In this document: in pieces, positions 47,083 to 58,688 of the stretch
How the letters are laid out: each line of letters opens with the position of its first letter
Numbering within the stretch: the first letter of the stretch is position 1
Source of the DNA: Diplonema japonicum
Lineage: Eukaryota > Protista > Euglenozoa: Diplonemea
Length of the DNA stretch: 64,000 nt
NCBI GenBank assembly: GCA_964019335.1
Contig: OZ025648.1
Span: forward strand, 558,001 to 622,000
Reading direction: 5' to 3'
The notes under the pieces: generated by a model
Database searches by the model: none
Seen by the model: the letters and a program-made list of their open reading frames with translations, nothing else
Told to the model about the DNA's origin: nothing
Made by a program: the position numbers and the translations under genes

Positions 47083-47560
47083 TGAAAAAATGGGTCTTGT
47101 CGTGGAAAAAAATGCACCCAACCCCTTGAATTTTTTTTTGGGGTGGGGGTATTTTGACTATTTTTGGCCATCTGAGGCCATTCCAGCCCTTAAAAGTGGG
47201 AATAAGTGCTTTACTTCCCCTTTAAATGCCACGGCGAAATAGCTACCCTGTATTACCTTAGGAAAATCCCCAAAAAGCTGACCTGCGTGAAAAAAAACAA
47301 CAGTGAAAGCAGTGAAGAGTGAGTGACTCAAATGACGAAAAGTGAAATAAAACGACTTACTTGCCGCCAAATGAGCCATTATTTAACACTTGTTACCGTT
47401 TTTTTGCACGAGGGCCCACGGGCAATAAATAGCAATTCTCTTTTAGCCGGCAAAAAAAAGGAATTCATTTTTGCATCAAAAGAACTCAAAGTTCAAAAGA
47501 AAAGAAGAGGAAATGAAGTGGCAGTTTAAAAAAAAACATTTCGTTTCACCAGTATGCCTC

Positions 47561-47683
47561 GCCTCCCTATCCAAGGCATAGAGTGCATCTGATTCGACTC
47601 TTGGGCAATTATTAGACGGCCAATAATGAGTCTCGGATCCAATACTCTAATTGGATGCACTCCATGCCTGGGGAGGCTTTTTT
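47561..47683 (+). other. Long imperfect hairpin followed by a T-run (candidate ncRNA or MITE)
   Basis: Arms 47574-47594 and 47649-47669; outer GCCTCCC/GGGAGGC; inner GACTC/GAGTC. Confidence 0.45.
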
Positions 47684-47775
47684 CTTTTTTCCTTCTTCAA
47701 ATTATATTCTGGATATCTAACAAATGAAAGGTAAGGTCACGTGACTTTGTCTTTAACCACGCAGGTGTGATCTGT

Positions 47776-47820
<45 letters not shown>

Positions 47821-48046
47821 TCGTCTTTCCTCTTCGTTTCTTCTCGGTTCAATTTTTTTAAAGAGCAAGAGAAATACTGCCCCCAACTCCCTTCACCACT
47901 CACTAATTTGGGTTAGTAAGGAATCTCCATTATGTTTATTTTTTTTTCTCCCCTCTTCTTTCTGTTTTCTTCTTCAAACAAGTTTGTGGTGTTTAGTTTT
48001 ATTTATTTTTCTTCCAGAAAAAAGAAAAAGAGAGAAAAAAAATATC

Positions 48047-48077
<31 letters not shown>

Positions 48078-48345
48078 CTTTTTCCAGAAAGGGTAGAGTG
48101 GCGAAAAAGAAGAAAAAGGAGAAGAAGGAGGGGGAAGAAAAAAGAAAGACAGAAAGCCGAGTGCTGCTACGAAGAGAGAATTAGGTAGGAAAAAAGACCA
48201 AGCGCTGCACTGCAGCATGCTATGTATTTCTTGTTCAGGCTTTGGGATGGGAGAGATCAAAGAAATAAAATTGGACCGATCGACACTGTGGGCTTAATGG
48301 GACATTAGAGTAATTGTTTTTCAAACACAAATATAAAAAAATCTA

Positions 48346-48376
<31 letters not shown>

Positions 48377-48736
48377 CACTGTAAACCCCTTCCGCTTTGT
48401 TCCTAAGAAGAAGAACAAACTTGTTATAACAAAACGGTGGGGCCCTTAAAAACCGGAAAATAAAGAGGTTTACAGTATTCATTTATCGATTGGGGGAAGG
48501 GGGGTGTTTTGAACCTCACGGTTTCACCTTCCCAGACAATAAAAATTCCTGCCCTTACTCTTTTAAAGATTGAGGATGGGAGATCGAAAGAAAAAAAAAT
48601 TAGAGAAAATATTATATTAACAGTAAACTCAAACGATAAGACAGGACAAGAAATTGACAGGAGGACCCCCCTCTTTCTTTTGTTCTCCTTTTTAAAATTT
48701 AATACCATCTTTACCCCACCCCCCTCCCATTACGAG

Positions 48737-48799
48737 GAAAAGAAAAGAAAAGAAAAGAAAAGAAAAGAAAAGAAAAGAAAAGAAAGAAAAGAAAAGAAA
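48737..48799. repeat. (AAAAG)n microsatellite
   Basis: Direct reading. Confidence 0.9.
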
Positions 48800-48918
48800 A
48801 CTAGATTTTTTTTATAGGGCTTACGCGTTTTCGAGCTCACCAGCTGCGACTTCAGCCCGAGACAGAAGAAAAAAAGAGAAAAAAAAAAAAACCCGGTCCT
48901 TTTGTAATGGAAGACAAC

Positions 48919-51248
48919 CTAAAGTATAGGGTCTTCCATGCTTTGCCTTGCCAATTGCTTTGCCTATTATTTTATTTTTAGTTGTCTCGGCCACCCATTA
49001 ATACCTTTTTTCTCCAGTATTTCTGGTTTTCAGGCGTGGATGAGAAGCAAAGCTCAGCCGCCTCAAGATTAACCTGTGGAGTGGAAAAGAAAAATAATAA
49101 TAAGGGGAACCCCATTAATTCTTTTTCGACAATACCCAAGTGGCTGTAGATGGATTAGGTTCTGATGAGAGTAGTTTTCTGATGCTAGAGAAGATGTAGT
49201 CGATGGACTCTTGTTTGGTAGGCGGGATCGAGAAGCAAGGGTGACCAGAGGGGCTGATGTTGGGGTGGAACATCTTTGTCTTGAAGCAGACGCGCGGGTA
49301 CTCGTCCCTAGACTCCGGGAAGACGATCTCCACGTTGAACATGCCTTCCTCAAGCAAGCCCTCAGGCTGCATGATGGACAGGTTCCAGACGAACACGTTG
49401 TCAGGGTCAATGGGCCCACCCGAGCACCCGTGCATCCCGTCCTGCAAGAGCCTTGCATGTTCGTCTCTCAGTGTGCTTGCCAGGTACGACTTCCTCTTTG
49501 TCAGCTCAGCCCCCTTCTGTTTCCACATCTCCGTTTCCTCCTGCAACTGCTTGTTAATCTTGTGCAACCTCTCCAGCACAGACGTGTAGTCAAACTTCCC
49601 CTCTGACAGGTTTGTCGGGTATTCAAAAGGTGTTTTTTCAAAACTCTGTCCGTCCTTCACAATTCCCTTTTCAGCTATCGCTGTGTACGTCTCGTATCTC
49701 ATCAGAAACTCCCGCTTGATCTCAGGCTTGAAATACTCGGTTTTCCCGCTCAACACGTTTTCCAGCACATCGCACACCGCCACTCGGAGTGATTCATGTT
49801 GGATTTTTTCACTGTAAGCTGCCGCCTCCTCTCTCACACGTTCGGGATCCCGTCGCCTTTTCTTCACAGCCCCCTGTGTCCCTGCTGGCTGTGAACCCGT
49901 TGCTGGATTCCTGTATTAAGTTAATACGGTAAAAAAAGTTCCGGCACGGGGAATTGAACCCCGGTCTCCTGGGTGAGGGCCAGGTGTTCTAACCACTATA
50001 CTATGCCGGATTACGGATTATGCTCGTGGACTCGACGAGCAGAAGATCTGGTGGGTCGGGCTAGATGAGGGCAATGTTGGTGTTGGCATGGGTGACACAT
50101 TGCATGTGACAGGAGTCACGACGTGGCAGTGGTGAGGTGGTGGTGGATGTGTTGCTGGTGAGCAAAGAGTAAAAAAACGAAAATGCGAAATGTTTCGTGT
50201 TTGGTGGAAAAATGAAATTAGGTTTCAACCAGGAAATTTTGGTATGGTTTACAGGAAACGGCGGAAAAATGGGTTTCCTCCATCCCAAGGTCAAAGGAGA
50301 GCTTAGCTTAGTGGTTTCCTCGTTAACATAATGGTTCATGTGCATTCCCTAAGAGAATGATATCCCGGTTCGATTCCAGGACGAATTTAAAACCACTGGT
50401 GCAATCTCTCTTTTTTAAGGGGATTTACACTTATTTAAATAGGCCAATTGGTGCCTTTCGGATTTGGCTTCGATTACTGATCCTGTGTATTTTGGCTTCT
50501 GCATACTTCCCGGCTTTGAGAAGTTTTGTGCAGGAGCTACCTGCCAAGCTAAAAAATACAACACAATATTTATACCAGTTCCCACGTAAAAAAACATTTA
50601 ATGCCGGACGAAAAACGTTCGGGTTTCTGTCGCGTCCGGGAGTTTGTCCGTCCGGCATTTTTTGGAAAATTTTATTTGCATACAAGCTCGCTTCTGTTTT
50701 TTCGTCATCGCTTTCTGCCTCCATCTCCAATATTTCTTTCTCAAAACCTGGCTCGTTGTGGTACGGCTCACAGTTCATGATTAAACTTTGTATCGCGTTC
50801 AGGACGTAGCCAACGGAGTAGGCACTCCTCCATATCTCCGACGTCTCCCCCCTCCATGTTCCAAGAATCGAAAGGCAGACCTAGTGTGGATGGTGCATTA
50901 TTTTCTCACTCTCTCGGAAATACCTTGCCATCGGCATATAAATTGGGATTGAACCTCACCCTGCCATAGTCAGTTGTTGAGATTTTAACCTGTTGCGTTT
51001 ATTATTGAAAACTTTCCCTGAAACAAACACACCTTGGGGGGGTCGTTGGGGTACGTCTGGGGGAACCTCATGTCAAAGGAGTAAAACCCAAAATGGTACG
51101 GTGTCTGCGGTGGGCCCACCATCATGGCTACAACGTGGTCCAGCTTGTCTTCAACACACGTCACATAAATAGGAGGACTATCTGTGTTGGGGCTCTGCAT
51201 GACCTCCTTCAGGTCTTTCTGAACCCTAAAGGCGCACGAATTCGCCAT
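48919..51248 (-). CDS. UBE2Z-like ubiquitin-conjugating enzyme with a second UBC-like domain, 5 introns; long intron hosts tRNA-Glu
   Basis: [18 protein letters not shown]|[26 protein letters not shown]; second domain with [14 protein letters not shown]; ends [14 protein letters not shown]. Long intron at 49911-50683. Confidence 0.85.
49939..50010 (-). tRNA. tRNA-Glu(CTC), intronic
   Basis: TCCGGCATAGTATAGTGGTTAGAACACCTGG-CCCTCAC-CCAGGAGACCGGGGTTCAATTCCCCGTGCCGGAA followed by a 7-T run. Confidence 0.93.
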
Positions 51249-51512
51249 TTTAGGGGTGGGGGTATTTGGAGTTTAAGAACTTAAGCTAAACGAAATAAGC
51301 TCTAAACCCACTGTGATGAATGCTTGCTTGCGCCAAGAAAACTTAAAGAAAAAATCTGACAAATTGGAGAGCGTAAAAAGACTGAATACGAAAGGTGGGG
51401 AGCGGGGGTGAGATGCACACCACATTGATGGTGAGTAATGCAAAACGTTTTCTCTTTTGTTTTTCCTTTGATCCCTGTCCTTTGTATAAATATATAAATA
51501 ACGGTTGTTTGA

Positions 51513-52297
51513 TTAGACGAAATTTAGAACGGCGGCCACGATGCACGCCACTTGCATGAAGACACCGATGCCCACCATGATGTAGCCGGGGATGACTCTG
51601 GTGCGGAGCTTTTCTCGTTCTTCTTCTGTGAACTCGTTGGTTTTCCTAAGCAGGTCGTTGCATTCATCGACTCCATAAGGAGCAAAGGAACGCTCCTTCT
51701 TCGATGCATATGTGTAACAAACCCCAGGCAACAAGAAGCAAAGAGACGGGGAAGTCAAAGCTGACACCACACTCAACACTGTTGTCAGTGAAGAGGCAAG
51801 CACTGCAACTAACGCACACGGGGCGCAGATAACTATTGTGATACCCACATGGTATGGCAACGATAGCACTTTCCCTTCCGGGTACATTATGTTGACAACG
51901 GTACATCTGCATGTGAAACAGATCAGAGGGAACGAGAACAACAAGCACAGTGTCATGCAGAAGTAGACCAACACGACCGACACCTCGCTAGTTGGGTAGC
52001 ATGCTAGGATGGTGCTCGGTTTTGTGGTGATATTCTGCCACGTGACGTACCCCGTTACTCCAGCGCACGTGTACATAAAGCAAGCGATGATCATCGTGAT
52101 CCATGTTGCGGTCAGTAGCTGTGCGCCTGCGTCCCTCACCGGGTTGTCGCTGCCGCCACCCCGCTGGCCTTTGGACAACTCCTTCATGATGGGGAACACG
52201 GTAAGTTGGCAGATGTACGACATGCTGATGATGCTGAAAGCTTGCAACAAATCAGCACCACTGGAGGGAAATAATTTGGCATCGACTGAAGGCGTCT

Positions 52298-52346
<49 letters not shown>

Positions 52347-53226
52347 ATATTTCCCTTGCTCATAATTTTTGCGAGCATACCGAGTTGAAAGGATCATCGT
52401 GGTCTTTGTTTACCAGCTCGTGACAGGGTTCCCTCGAGTCCTCGTCCAAATGCCTGAACAGGTAAATGGTCGACATCTGTTTGTGTGGTGGTGGGGTTCC
52501 CCCCCCCCCTTTTTTTTCTCTGCTACATACTACAACAAAGTAAATAATGGACAGGACAGACAATAAAGAAGTAAACCACAAGCCATCGATCCTGCGGAGA
52601 AGCGAGAGGGGCAGTCCAACAAGAATTAAAGAGAGAAGCATGACTGTGTTTGAGTTTACATAATAGTCGCTCAGAGTGTCTTCGAAGTAATGAGGGGACA
52701 ACTGCTTGAGCCCCTCGTAGAGGAGCGACTTCACAGACACCAAGTACGCAACAAGTGTACCAAGACAGATCAGCACCAAGACAAGCTGTACCCACAGCTT
52801 CCCAATAGGCCCTAAACAGTACTCGGCCATGCCTTCCATAGTAGGGACACGTGAGGTGTCACTTGGGGTGCGGTTTGTGTTTATAATTCTTACCATAAGC
52901 TGGACCGAAACATAGGTAATGATAGCACAGGCAATCATGATCACAGGGCCAAAGACAAGCCCTGCGTAGTCAAAGGTTGCTGCAAGCGACAAAATGCCGA
53001 CACCCATTGTCGTGTTCGCCAAATTGAACACTACCGCTGCGGTGTGCAGGGGAGCGAGCTCTTCTTCGTCATCACCCACCCTGCTTTCCGCATCAAGTAA
53101 CACACCCACATCACCCACGATGCCCCCTACCACCGACCCGATGGTCCTTGCACTACCTGTGCTGTATCCGCTGTAGCCACCGCTAGAAATGACCCGACTC
53201 CGCCGATTTTCATTGTTGATGTTCAT
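51513..53226 (-). CDS. Amino acid transporter (Aa_trans/AAAP family), 2 introns
   Basis: VFNLANTTMGVGILSL, SYICQLTVFPI, multiple TMs; intron 52296-52380 restores the frame. Confidence 0.9.
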
Positions 53227-53375
53227 TGTGTTGTGTACAGCCTGCGTGTTTGGGAGACTGGACAGAAATAGCAAAAGGGGGGAAAGATCAGTACTGTTAT
53301 TAGCACACTGGTTATTGGCTATCTTACCACGCGGCCAACACTCTTGGACACTAGGCTTTCGAACAAGCAACACTA

Positions 53376-54860
53376 TTACTTCCTCCGCCTGTGTCTGTCG
53401 CTTGAGGCACTTGTGTAAGACCGACGCCTTCTGCGCTCTGGTGACACAACTTTTTCCTTACGCGCGTTGTTGCTACGTCTCTCGTTGTAAATACGTGTCG
53501 TCCTGTCGCAGTGCCCCCTCCCTGTGTTCTGCAATGCTGAATGCATGCGCCCTTCGAGGTCTCTGTTTGACACCATTCCCGTATCGCTTCTTAAAGATGT
53601 AAACTTACCACGCCCCTTGACCTTTTCCCCGTCTTGTTGCTCACTTACGATTTCCCTCCTTTGTTCCTTTTGCTCTCTGTCTTTCCCACCTGGCATCTTC
53701 TCTTGCCGTTCAGTCTTTCGATCATTCCTGTCCCTGTCCCTGTCTCTGTCCCTGTCCCTGTCTCTGTCCCTGTCCCTGTCTCTGTCCCTGCCCCGGTTCC
53801 TGTCTCTATCTCTGCGATCATCCCTGTCTCTTTCCCTGGCTCTGTCTCTTTCCCTGTCTCTGTCTTCTTTCCTCTCTCTTTCACGGTCCCTTGATCTGTC
53901 TCTCCTCCTTTCTTCCCTCCTTTTATCGTCGCGCTCCTTGTCCCTGTTTCTGTCTCGGTCTCTCTCTCGCCTGCCATCCCTATCCCTGCGATCATCTCTG
54001 GATCTATCTCTATTCCGATCTCTTTCTGATTCCCTGTCCCTGTCTCTGTCCCTGCCCCTGTCCTTGTCCCTGTCTCTGTCATTGTTTTTTTCTCTTCTAT
54101 CTTTGTCCCTGTTTCGGTCCTTGTCTCTATCTCTGTCCGTGGCTTTGTCTTTGTCTTTGCTTTTTGCTATTTCTCTTTCCTTCTCTTTTTCTTTTTCTCT
54201 GTGTCTCTCTGTGTCTCTATCTCTTGCACGATCTTTGTCGTCCCTGCTTCGTTCTCCACGGTCTTTGTCATTTTTGCTGCGCTTCTTCGTATCAGAAGGT
54301 GACGACGATCTAAGGGGTTTGTCGAGAATGCAGCCGCAGTCCGAGATCATAACAGTTTCAACAGGCCGGTCCTTGAGGGTCTTCACGTTTTCGATGGTGC
54401 TGAGGATTTTGAAACCGTTGGTGACTTCACCGAAGGCGACGTGCTTGCCGTCTAGGTGGGTGCAGTTCTCTTCGCAGGTGATGAAAAATTGAGAGCCGTT
54501 AGTGTTGGGGTCGCCTGTGTTGGCCATAGAGAGGATCCCCTTCGTGTGTTTCACAGCAAGGGACTCGTCGTTGAATCTGCCCCCGTAGATGCTCTCACCA
54601 CCTGTTCCGTTTGACTTAGAAAAGTCACCACCTTGAATTATAAACCCAGCTACTACTCTGTGGAAGATCGTGCCCTTGTAATGCAGAGGTACCTTAGTCG
54701 TACGCCCCAAGCCTGATTCCCCGGTGCATAGTTTCCTGAAGTTCTCAGCGGTTTTGGGAACAATGTCGTCGTAGAGCTCCATCACCATCCGTCCCAACTT
54801 TTCTTTCCCAATCGAGATGTCAAAGAACACCTTCGACCGCTTAGGCCTCGGTTTCGACAT
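53376..54860 (-). CDS. Cyclophilin with long RD/RE-repeat tail
   Basis: [37 protein letters not shown]; (DR)n region. Confidence 0.93.
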   Translation of the reverse strand: MSKPRPKRSKVFFDISIGKEKLGRMVMELYDDIVPKTAENFRKLCTGESGLGRTTKVPLHYKGTIFHRVVAGFIIQGGDFSKSNGTGGESIYGGRFNDESLAVKHTKGILSMANTGDPNTNGSQFFITCEENCTHLDGKHVAFGEVTNGFKILSTIENVKTLKDRPVETVMISDCGCILDKPLRSSSPSDTKKRSKNDKDRGERSRDDKDRARDRDTERHREKEKEKEREIAKSKDKDKATDRDRDKDRNRDKDRREKNNDRDRDKDRGRDRDRDRESERDRNRDRSRDDRRDRDGRRERDRDRNRDKERDDKRREERRRDRSRDRERERKEDRDRERDRARERDRDDRRDRDRNRGRDRDRDRDRDRDRDRDRDRDRNDRKTERQEKMPGGKDREQKEQRREIVSEQQDGEKVKGRGKFTSLRSDTGMVSNRDLEGRMHSALQNTGRGHCDRTTRIYNERRSNNARKEKVVSPERRRRRSYTSASSDRHRRRK

Positions 54861-55117
54861 CTTCTTGCAGGCGCGCTCCTGATGACATTACAAGAAATAT
54901 ATCGTGTAAAAAAGGAAAATAAAAAAGGAGGCAAAAAAAAAAGAAGAAGAAGAAAAGAAAAAAAAAGAAGAAGAAAAAAAGAAACAGAAAAAGAAGTAAT
55001 ACTACATTGCTCTAAAAGAATAACCAACTCTTTACCTTGGTTTAGCTCCTGGGTGGGGGAAAGGGTTCTAACATGTAAAATTGTGCTCGCATCTCTATCG
55101 TGGTAGTGGCATCTAAC

Positions 55118-56122
55118 CTACCTACCTCTGGTGGGAGTTCTCGTGCGACGTGTTGGGGAGACTGTCTCCTTTTGTCCATAAGAAGGCGGGTGCTGCACAG
55201 TAGCAGTAGGTGCAGGGGTTGGTGCAGTGCCAAGTCTGATGTGGACTTGGAAGGGGTCAGGAATGTTTTCTCTCAGAAGGTCAACTTTAACAATGTCACC
55301 GGCGACACAGGTGGCCATCACCTCTTTAAGATCGGAGCGCGTTGTGACCTTTCTGTCATTCAAAGCGAGAATGCAGTCGCCGTTGAGAACGCCACCAGCT
55401 GCTGCTGGCCCATCAGGACGTACGGCAAAGACCCTCACGCCAGATGACGACAAAGGATCGGATGATGTGGGCACAGCATCTATAATCTCCAGACCAACCA
55501 TAGGTCGCCCTCCCCTGGGCTGTGCAGGCGTTGGAATGGACACTGCAGGTGTAGGTATATACGACCTCTCTTTTGCCACCTGGCCTGTCGCTTCGGGCTG
55601 GTAAATCTGGCTTGGTTGTCTGGGGGAAGCTTTCTCGTCTCCAAGAGGCACTAATACATCCTTAATATCTTCGATTAACGTGCTGAAAGCCGGCAGGCCG
55701 TGCAACAACTTCACTTGCGCGTGGCTATGCGGACCCTCGACTCCTGCTTGGTTAAGTGCCCTATCCAACTCGTCTTCGTCGATCTGCATCACAGCATACA
55801 GTTTGTCGATGCTTGCTTTGTTTTCAGCAAGTTTTTGCTCGAGATTCGTTGGCGGTGGCAACTGCACTTGACTGGGCACGCCTGGCCCCATGCACCCTTT
55901 GAGGTCGCTAATAGCAGATTCCATGTGGTGGAGTCTTGTCAAACACTGGCCGTGGCTCTGTATCAGGCTGCTCAGGACACTGACAACACCACCCCATGAC
56001 AATTGTGCTGGCTGCAACTGCAAGAATTCATCGAACAAACCGCCTTGTTTGTAGTATTCGTTGCTCCGGAGTGGTTCCATGTCACTGACAGGGCCGTACC
56101 CTGCGGAAGGCGATCGCGTCAT
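55118..56122 (-). CDS. PDZ-domain protein
   Basis: GVRVFAVRPDGPAAAGGVLNGDCILALN. Confidence 0.8.
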   Translation of the reverse strand: MTRSPSAGYGPVSDMEPLRSNEYYKQGGLFDEFLQLQPAQLSWGGVVSVLSSLIQSHGQCLTRLHHMESAISDLKGCMGPGVPSQVQLPPPTNLEQKLAENKASIDKLYAVMQIDEDELDRALNQAGVEGPHSHAQVKLLHGLPAFSTLIEDIKDVLVPLGDEKASPRQPSQIYQPEATGQVAKERSYIPTPAVSIPTPAQPRGGRPMVGLEIIDAVPTSSDPLSSSGVRVFAVRPDGPAAAGGVLNGDCILALNDRKVTTRSDLKEVMATCVAGDIVKVDLLRENIPDPFQVHIRLGTAPTPAPTATVQHPPSYGQKETVSPTRRTRTPTRGR

Positions 56123-56750
56123 ATTCTTGTATTTTAATTACTGCTATGTCACTATGTTGGTTGTTGCTACGATTGTTGCGGGTTTTGGAAGAGTCAGCCT
56201 GCTCGCGGTCCTTGGGACCAAATGCAATCAGCCAAGTGGCGCCCCAGGAAAAGAAATGGAAGGCCTCGAGTAAGCTCGGTGCTTTTGAGCAAAAGACAAA
56301 ATAGGCTTTGGAGAAGTGAAGAAGGCCGTTAATATTGTAAGTTATTTGCCCAGATCCGTAAAGCGGCCCTCCTGGGAACTCCTTTGTTTACTCTGAAAGG
56401 TTCCCAGGGGTTTCACAGGGAAAAATCAAAAAAAAAAAAAGTTCAAAGGTTCACTGATAATTTTTTTCCTTAGAGATCGAGAAAATCCATATGGCAGTCA
56501 TCGGTCGTTTTTAAATCCTTTCCAGCCAAGAAAAAGCAATTGGAAATTTTATTAGGGCCATTGGAATACATTGGCCGGCGAACAGCTCTATTGTTCACAT
56601 TAACATTTATGATAATACCCGTCGCAAAATCTCGAATCCGCGTAGGAGAATTTTTTAATTTCCCCTCCTTTGTTGCAAGTTGGAAAAAGTACAGGCAAGG
56701 GAGCCAGACCATCCCTTGTTGGGACTGCTGTCCAGTAACTTGTGTTCTAT

Positions 56751-57284
56751 TTACTCTGCATCTTCTTCATCCTCATCCTCATCTTCGTCTGCCATGCCTC
56801 GCTTCAGTAGATCTCTAAATCTATTGTGATATGTTGTTTTTTCACAATGTACATACTTCACTCCCTCATCTGCATAAACTGCCTTCCTCTTTAGTTTGAA
56901 CTCAGCATCGTGCTCCTCTTGGGAAGTCTTTCTCGGTGGAGTCGATTCCCCATCATTTTGTGTGGCAACTGACTGCAGTTTTGTTTCCAGGATAACAAGG
57001 CGTGCGTTCATCCGTTGCTCTGGGTCTTGTTCGTCACCCTCTTGCTCAATCTCCCTTTTTTCATCTTCAGCCAGTTCTTCATCGTCTTCTATCCTGTAAT
57101 CAACAAAAGGCGTGTCCGGCTCGTCTATTTTCATTTTTGGGTTTGCTTCCATGTAATCTGCGTTGTCTTTCAGATTCTTCTCATCCCACTTCATCTTCCT
57201 TTTTTGTCCTTGTTCGTGGTCGGCACCATCCTTTTTATCCGTCACAGCGAAGCTGGGCTTCTTCAGGATAGGTTTCACATCCAT
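56751..57284 (-). CDS. Protein phosphatase inhibitor 2 (IPP-2)
   Basis: KPILK, KWDEKNL, MKIDEPDTPF, FKLKRKAVY; probable 36-nt intron at 56821-56856. Confidence 0.88.
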   Translation of the reverse strand: MDVKPILKKPSFAVTDKKDGADHEQGQKRKMKWDEKNLKDNADYMEANPKMKIDEPDTPFVDYRIEDDEELAEDEKREIEQEGDEQDPEQRMNARLVILETKLQSVATQNDGESTPPRKTSQEEHDAEFKLKRKAVYADEGVKYVHCEKTTYHNRFRDLLKRGMADEDEDEDEEDAE

Positions 57285-57335
57285 GTTGTCCTGCAGGTAA
57301 TGGAATAGGTATAATCTTGACAAATACAACTCTTT

Positions 57336-58670
57336 TCACAGTGCTTTCCGGAGGAGGGAATACGAGCGGAATAGAAGAATGGCCGACGACAGGGCGCATC
57401 CGGCTATACCAAGTGCAGCACCCGAAGTAGCCAAGTCACTCATGAAACCTAGAACGAGGGGTGCAATGAGGAGAGTAAGATCGCCTGATTGGCGTTGGAG
57501 GGACAAGGATTGTCCGCGTTTTTCTTCAGGTGCGTGATCAATAGAGAGGACAGAGAGGACTGCAGTCAACGTTGCCTCACCCACCTCCCATATAAGGAGG
57601 CCCGTGAAAAACTGCCAATAGGTTTGCGCCACACACAGAATCACACACCCAAGGCCATTAAGTACCGTACCTACTAGCATGACAGGCAGCCTCCCGAATT
57701 TATCCGAAGCCCATCCTGCAACAACTATACCAACCAGCCCTATACCTGATGCTGCCGAGTACATGAGGCCCAATTGAATTGGATCAGCACCCCATACATA
57801 TACGGCATGCAGTGGCAGCAATGTTAAGTACGACGCCCACCCAATGTGCAACGCCACGTTTGCTATTACGAGCGCACGCTGTTCCTTGGCTTTCCACAGC
57901 TGTTTCCATTCAGCCAAAGCTGATGTTTTATCTTCGGATTGTTTTGCTTTTACTTTCAACGTCTCCGGGAGTGTGTAAAAGGCAGCCGTTGTGAGAAGTG
58001 TCACGGCTGAAAAGGCATAGAATGGGCCTTTGGTACCTAAGAAGCCTGCCAGAAGGCCACCAATCGAAGGACCCATTACATAAGAAATCGAAGAAATTCC
58101 ACCGATCACTCCCACTAGTATCCCTCTGTGTTGTGGGTATGGTGCAGCAATATCGGCCATGTAAGCTGATGTGCCGCCAGCTGATGCAGCTGCACCGATG
58201 CCTAACGTGAGTCTAGCAGCAAATAGAGTTGCGATGTTTGGAGCCACAGCAGTGAAGAGAATTCCAGCAGCAGTTAAAATCTGACCCCAAATCAGCAGCG
58301 GACGGCGCCCTCTCGTGTCTGCGTACTTCCCAACAGGCATGTTTGAAACCACTTTCCCAAGAGCAGCAGCACTGATGATAGCACCTACGCCTGTGGCACC
58401 CAGTTCAAATTCTTCTGCAATGGAAGGGAGAAACGGTACAACCATTCCAATACCGGCTGATTCGATTCCTTCGCACACAGCGATAACGCCAAAACCCCAT
58501 CTTGTCGTCTTTCCACACGCCTTCCACGCATCTCTGATACCTTTAAATGATACTTTTTCATCATTTTTCACTTCTTTTTTGACTTGACTTTGCCATCGAG
58601 TTTGTTGCAAGTGTTTTGTGTGGATCTTCGCCCCACCCCTGCACAAACTCCATGCTGGTTTCCTCCACAT
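57336..58670 (-). CDS. MFS transporter (DHA1-like) with basic N-terminal extension
   Basis: GKYADTRGRR and GWASDKFGR motif A copies; about 12 TMs. Confidence 0.9.
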   Translation of the reverse strand: MWRKPAWSLCRGGAKIHTKHLQQTRWQSQVKKEVKNDEKVSFKGIRDAWKACGKTTRWGFGVIAVCEGIESAGIGMVVPFLPSIAEEFELGATGVGAIISAAALGKVVSNMPVGKYADTRGRRPLLIWGQILTAAGILFTAVAPNIATLFAARLTLGIGAAASAGGTSAYMADIAAPYPQHRGILVGVIGGISSISYVMGPSIGGLLAGFLGTKGPFYAFSAVTLLTTAAFYTLPETLKVKAKQSEDKTSALAEWKQLWKAKEQRALVIANVALHIGWASYLTLLPLHAVYVWGADPIQLGLMYSAASGIGLVGIVVAGWASDKFGRLPVMLVGTVLNGLGCVILCVAQTYWQFFTGLLIWEVGEATLTAVLSVLSIDHAPEEKRGQSLSLQRQSGDLTLLIAPLVLGFMSDLATSGAALGIAGCALSSAILLFRSYSLLRKAL

Positions 58671-58688
58671 CCTGTAAAAGGTTAAAAA

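Noticed and set aside
50431-50683. ORF continuation YANKIFQK... as a separate E2 C-terminus
   Set aside because: A phase-2 GTATGC donor splices cleanly to the downstream exon, and the read-through has no conserved motifs.
9951-54860. Functional clustering of RNA-processing genes (SF1, LARP, CDC73, CPSF160, cyclophilin)
   Set aside because: Interspersed with unrelated genes; no evidence beyond chance.
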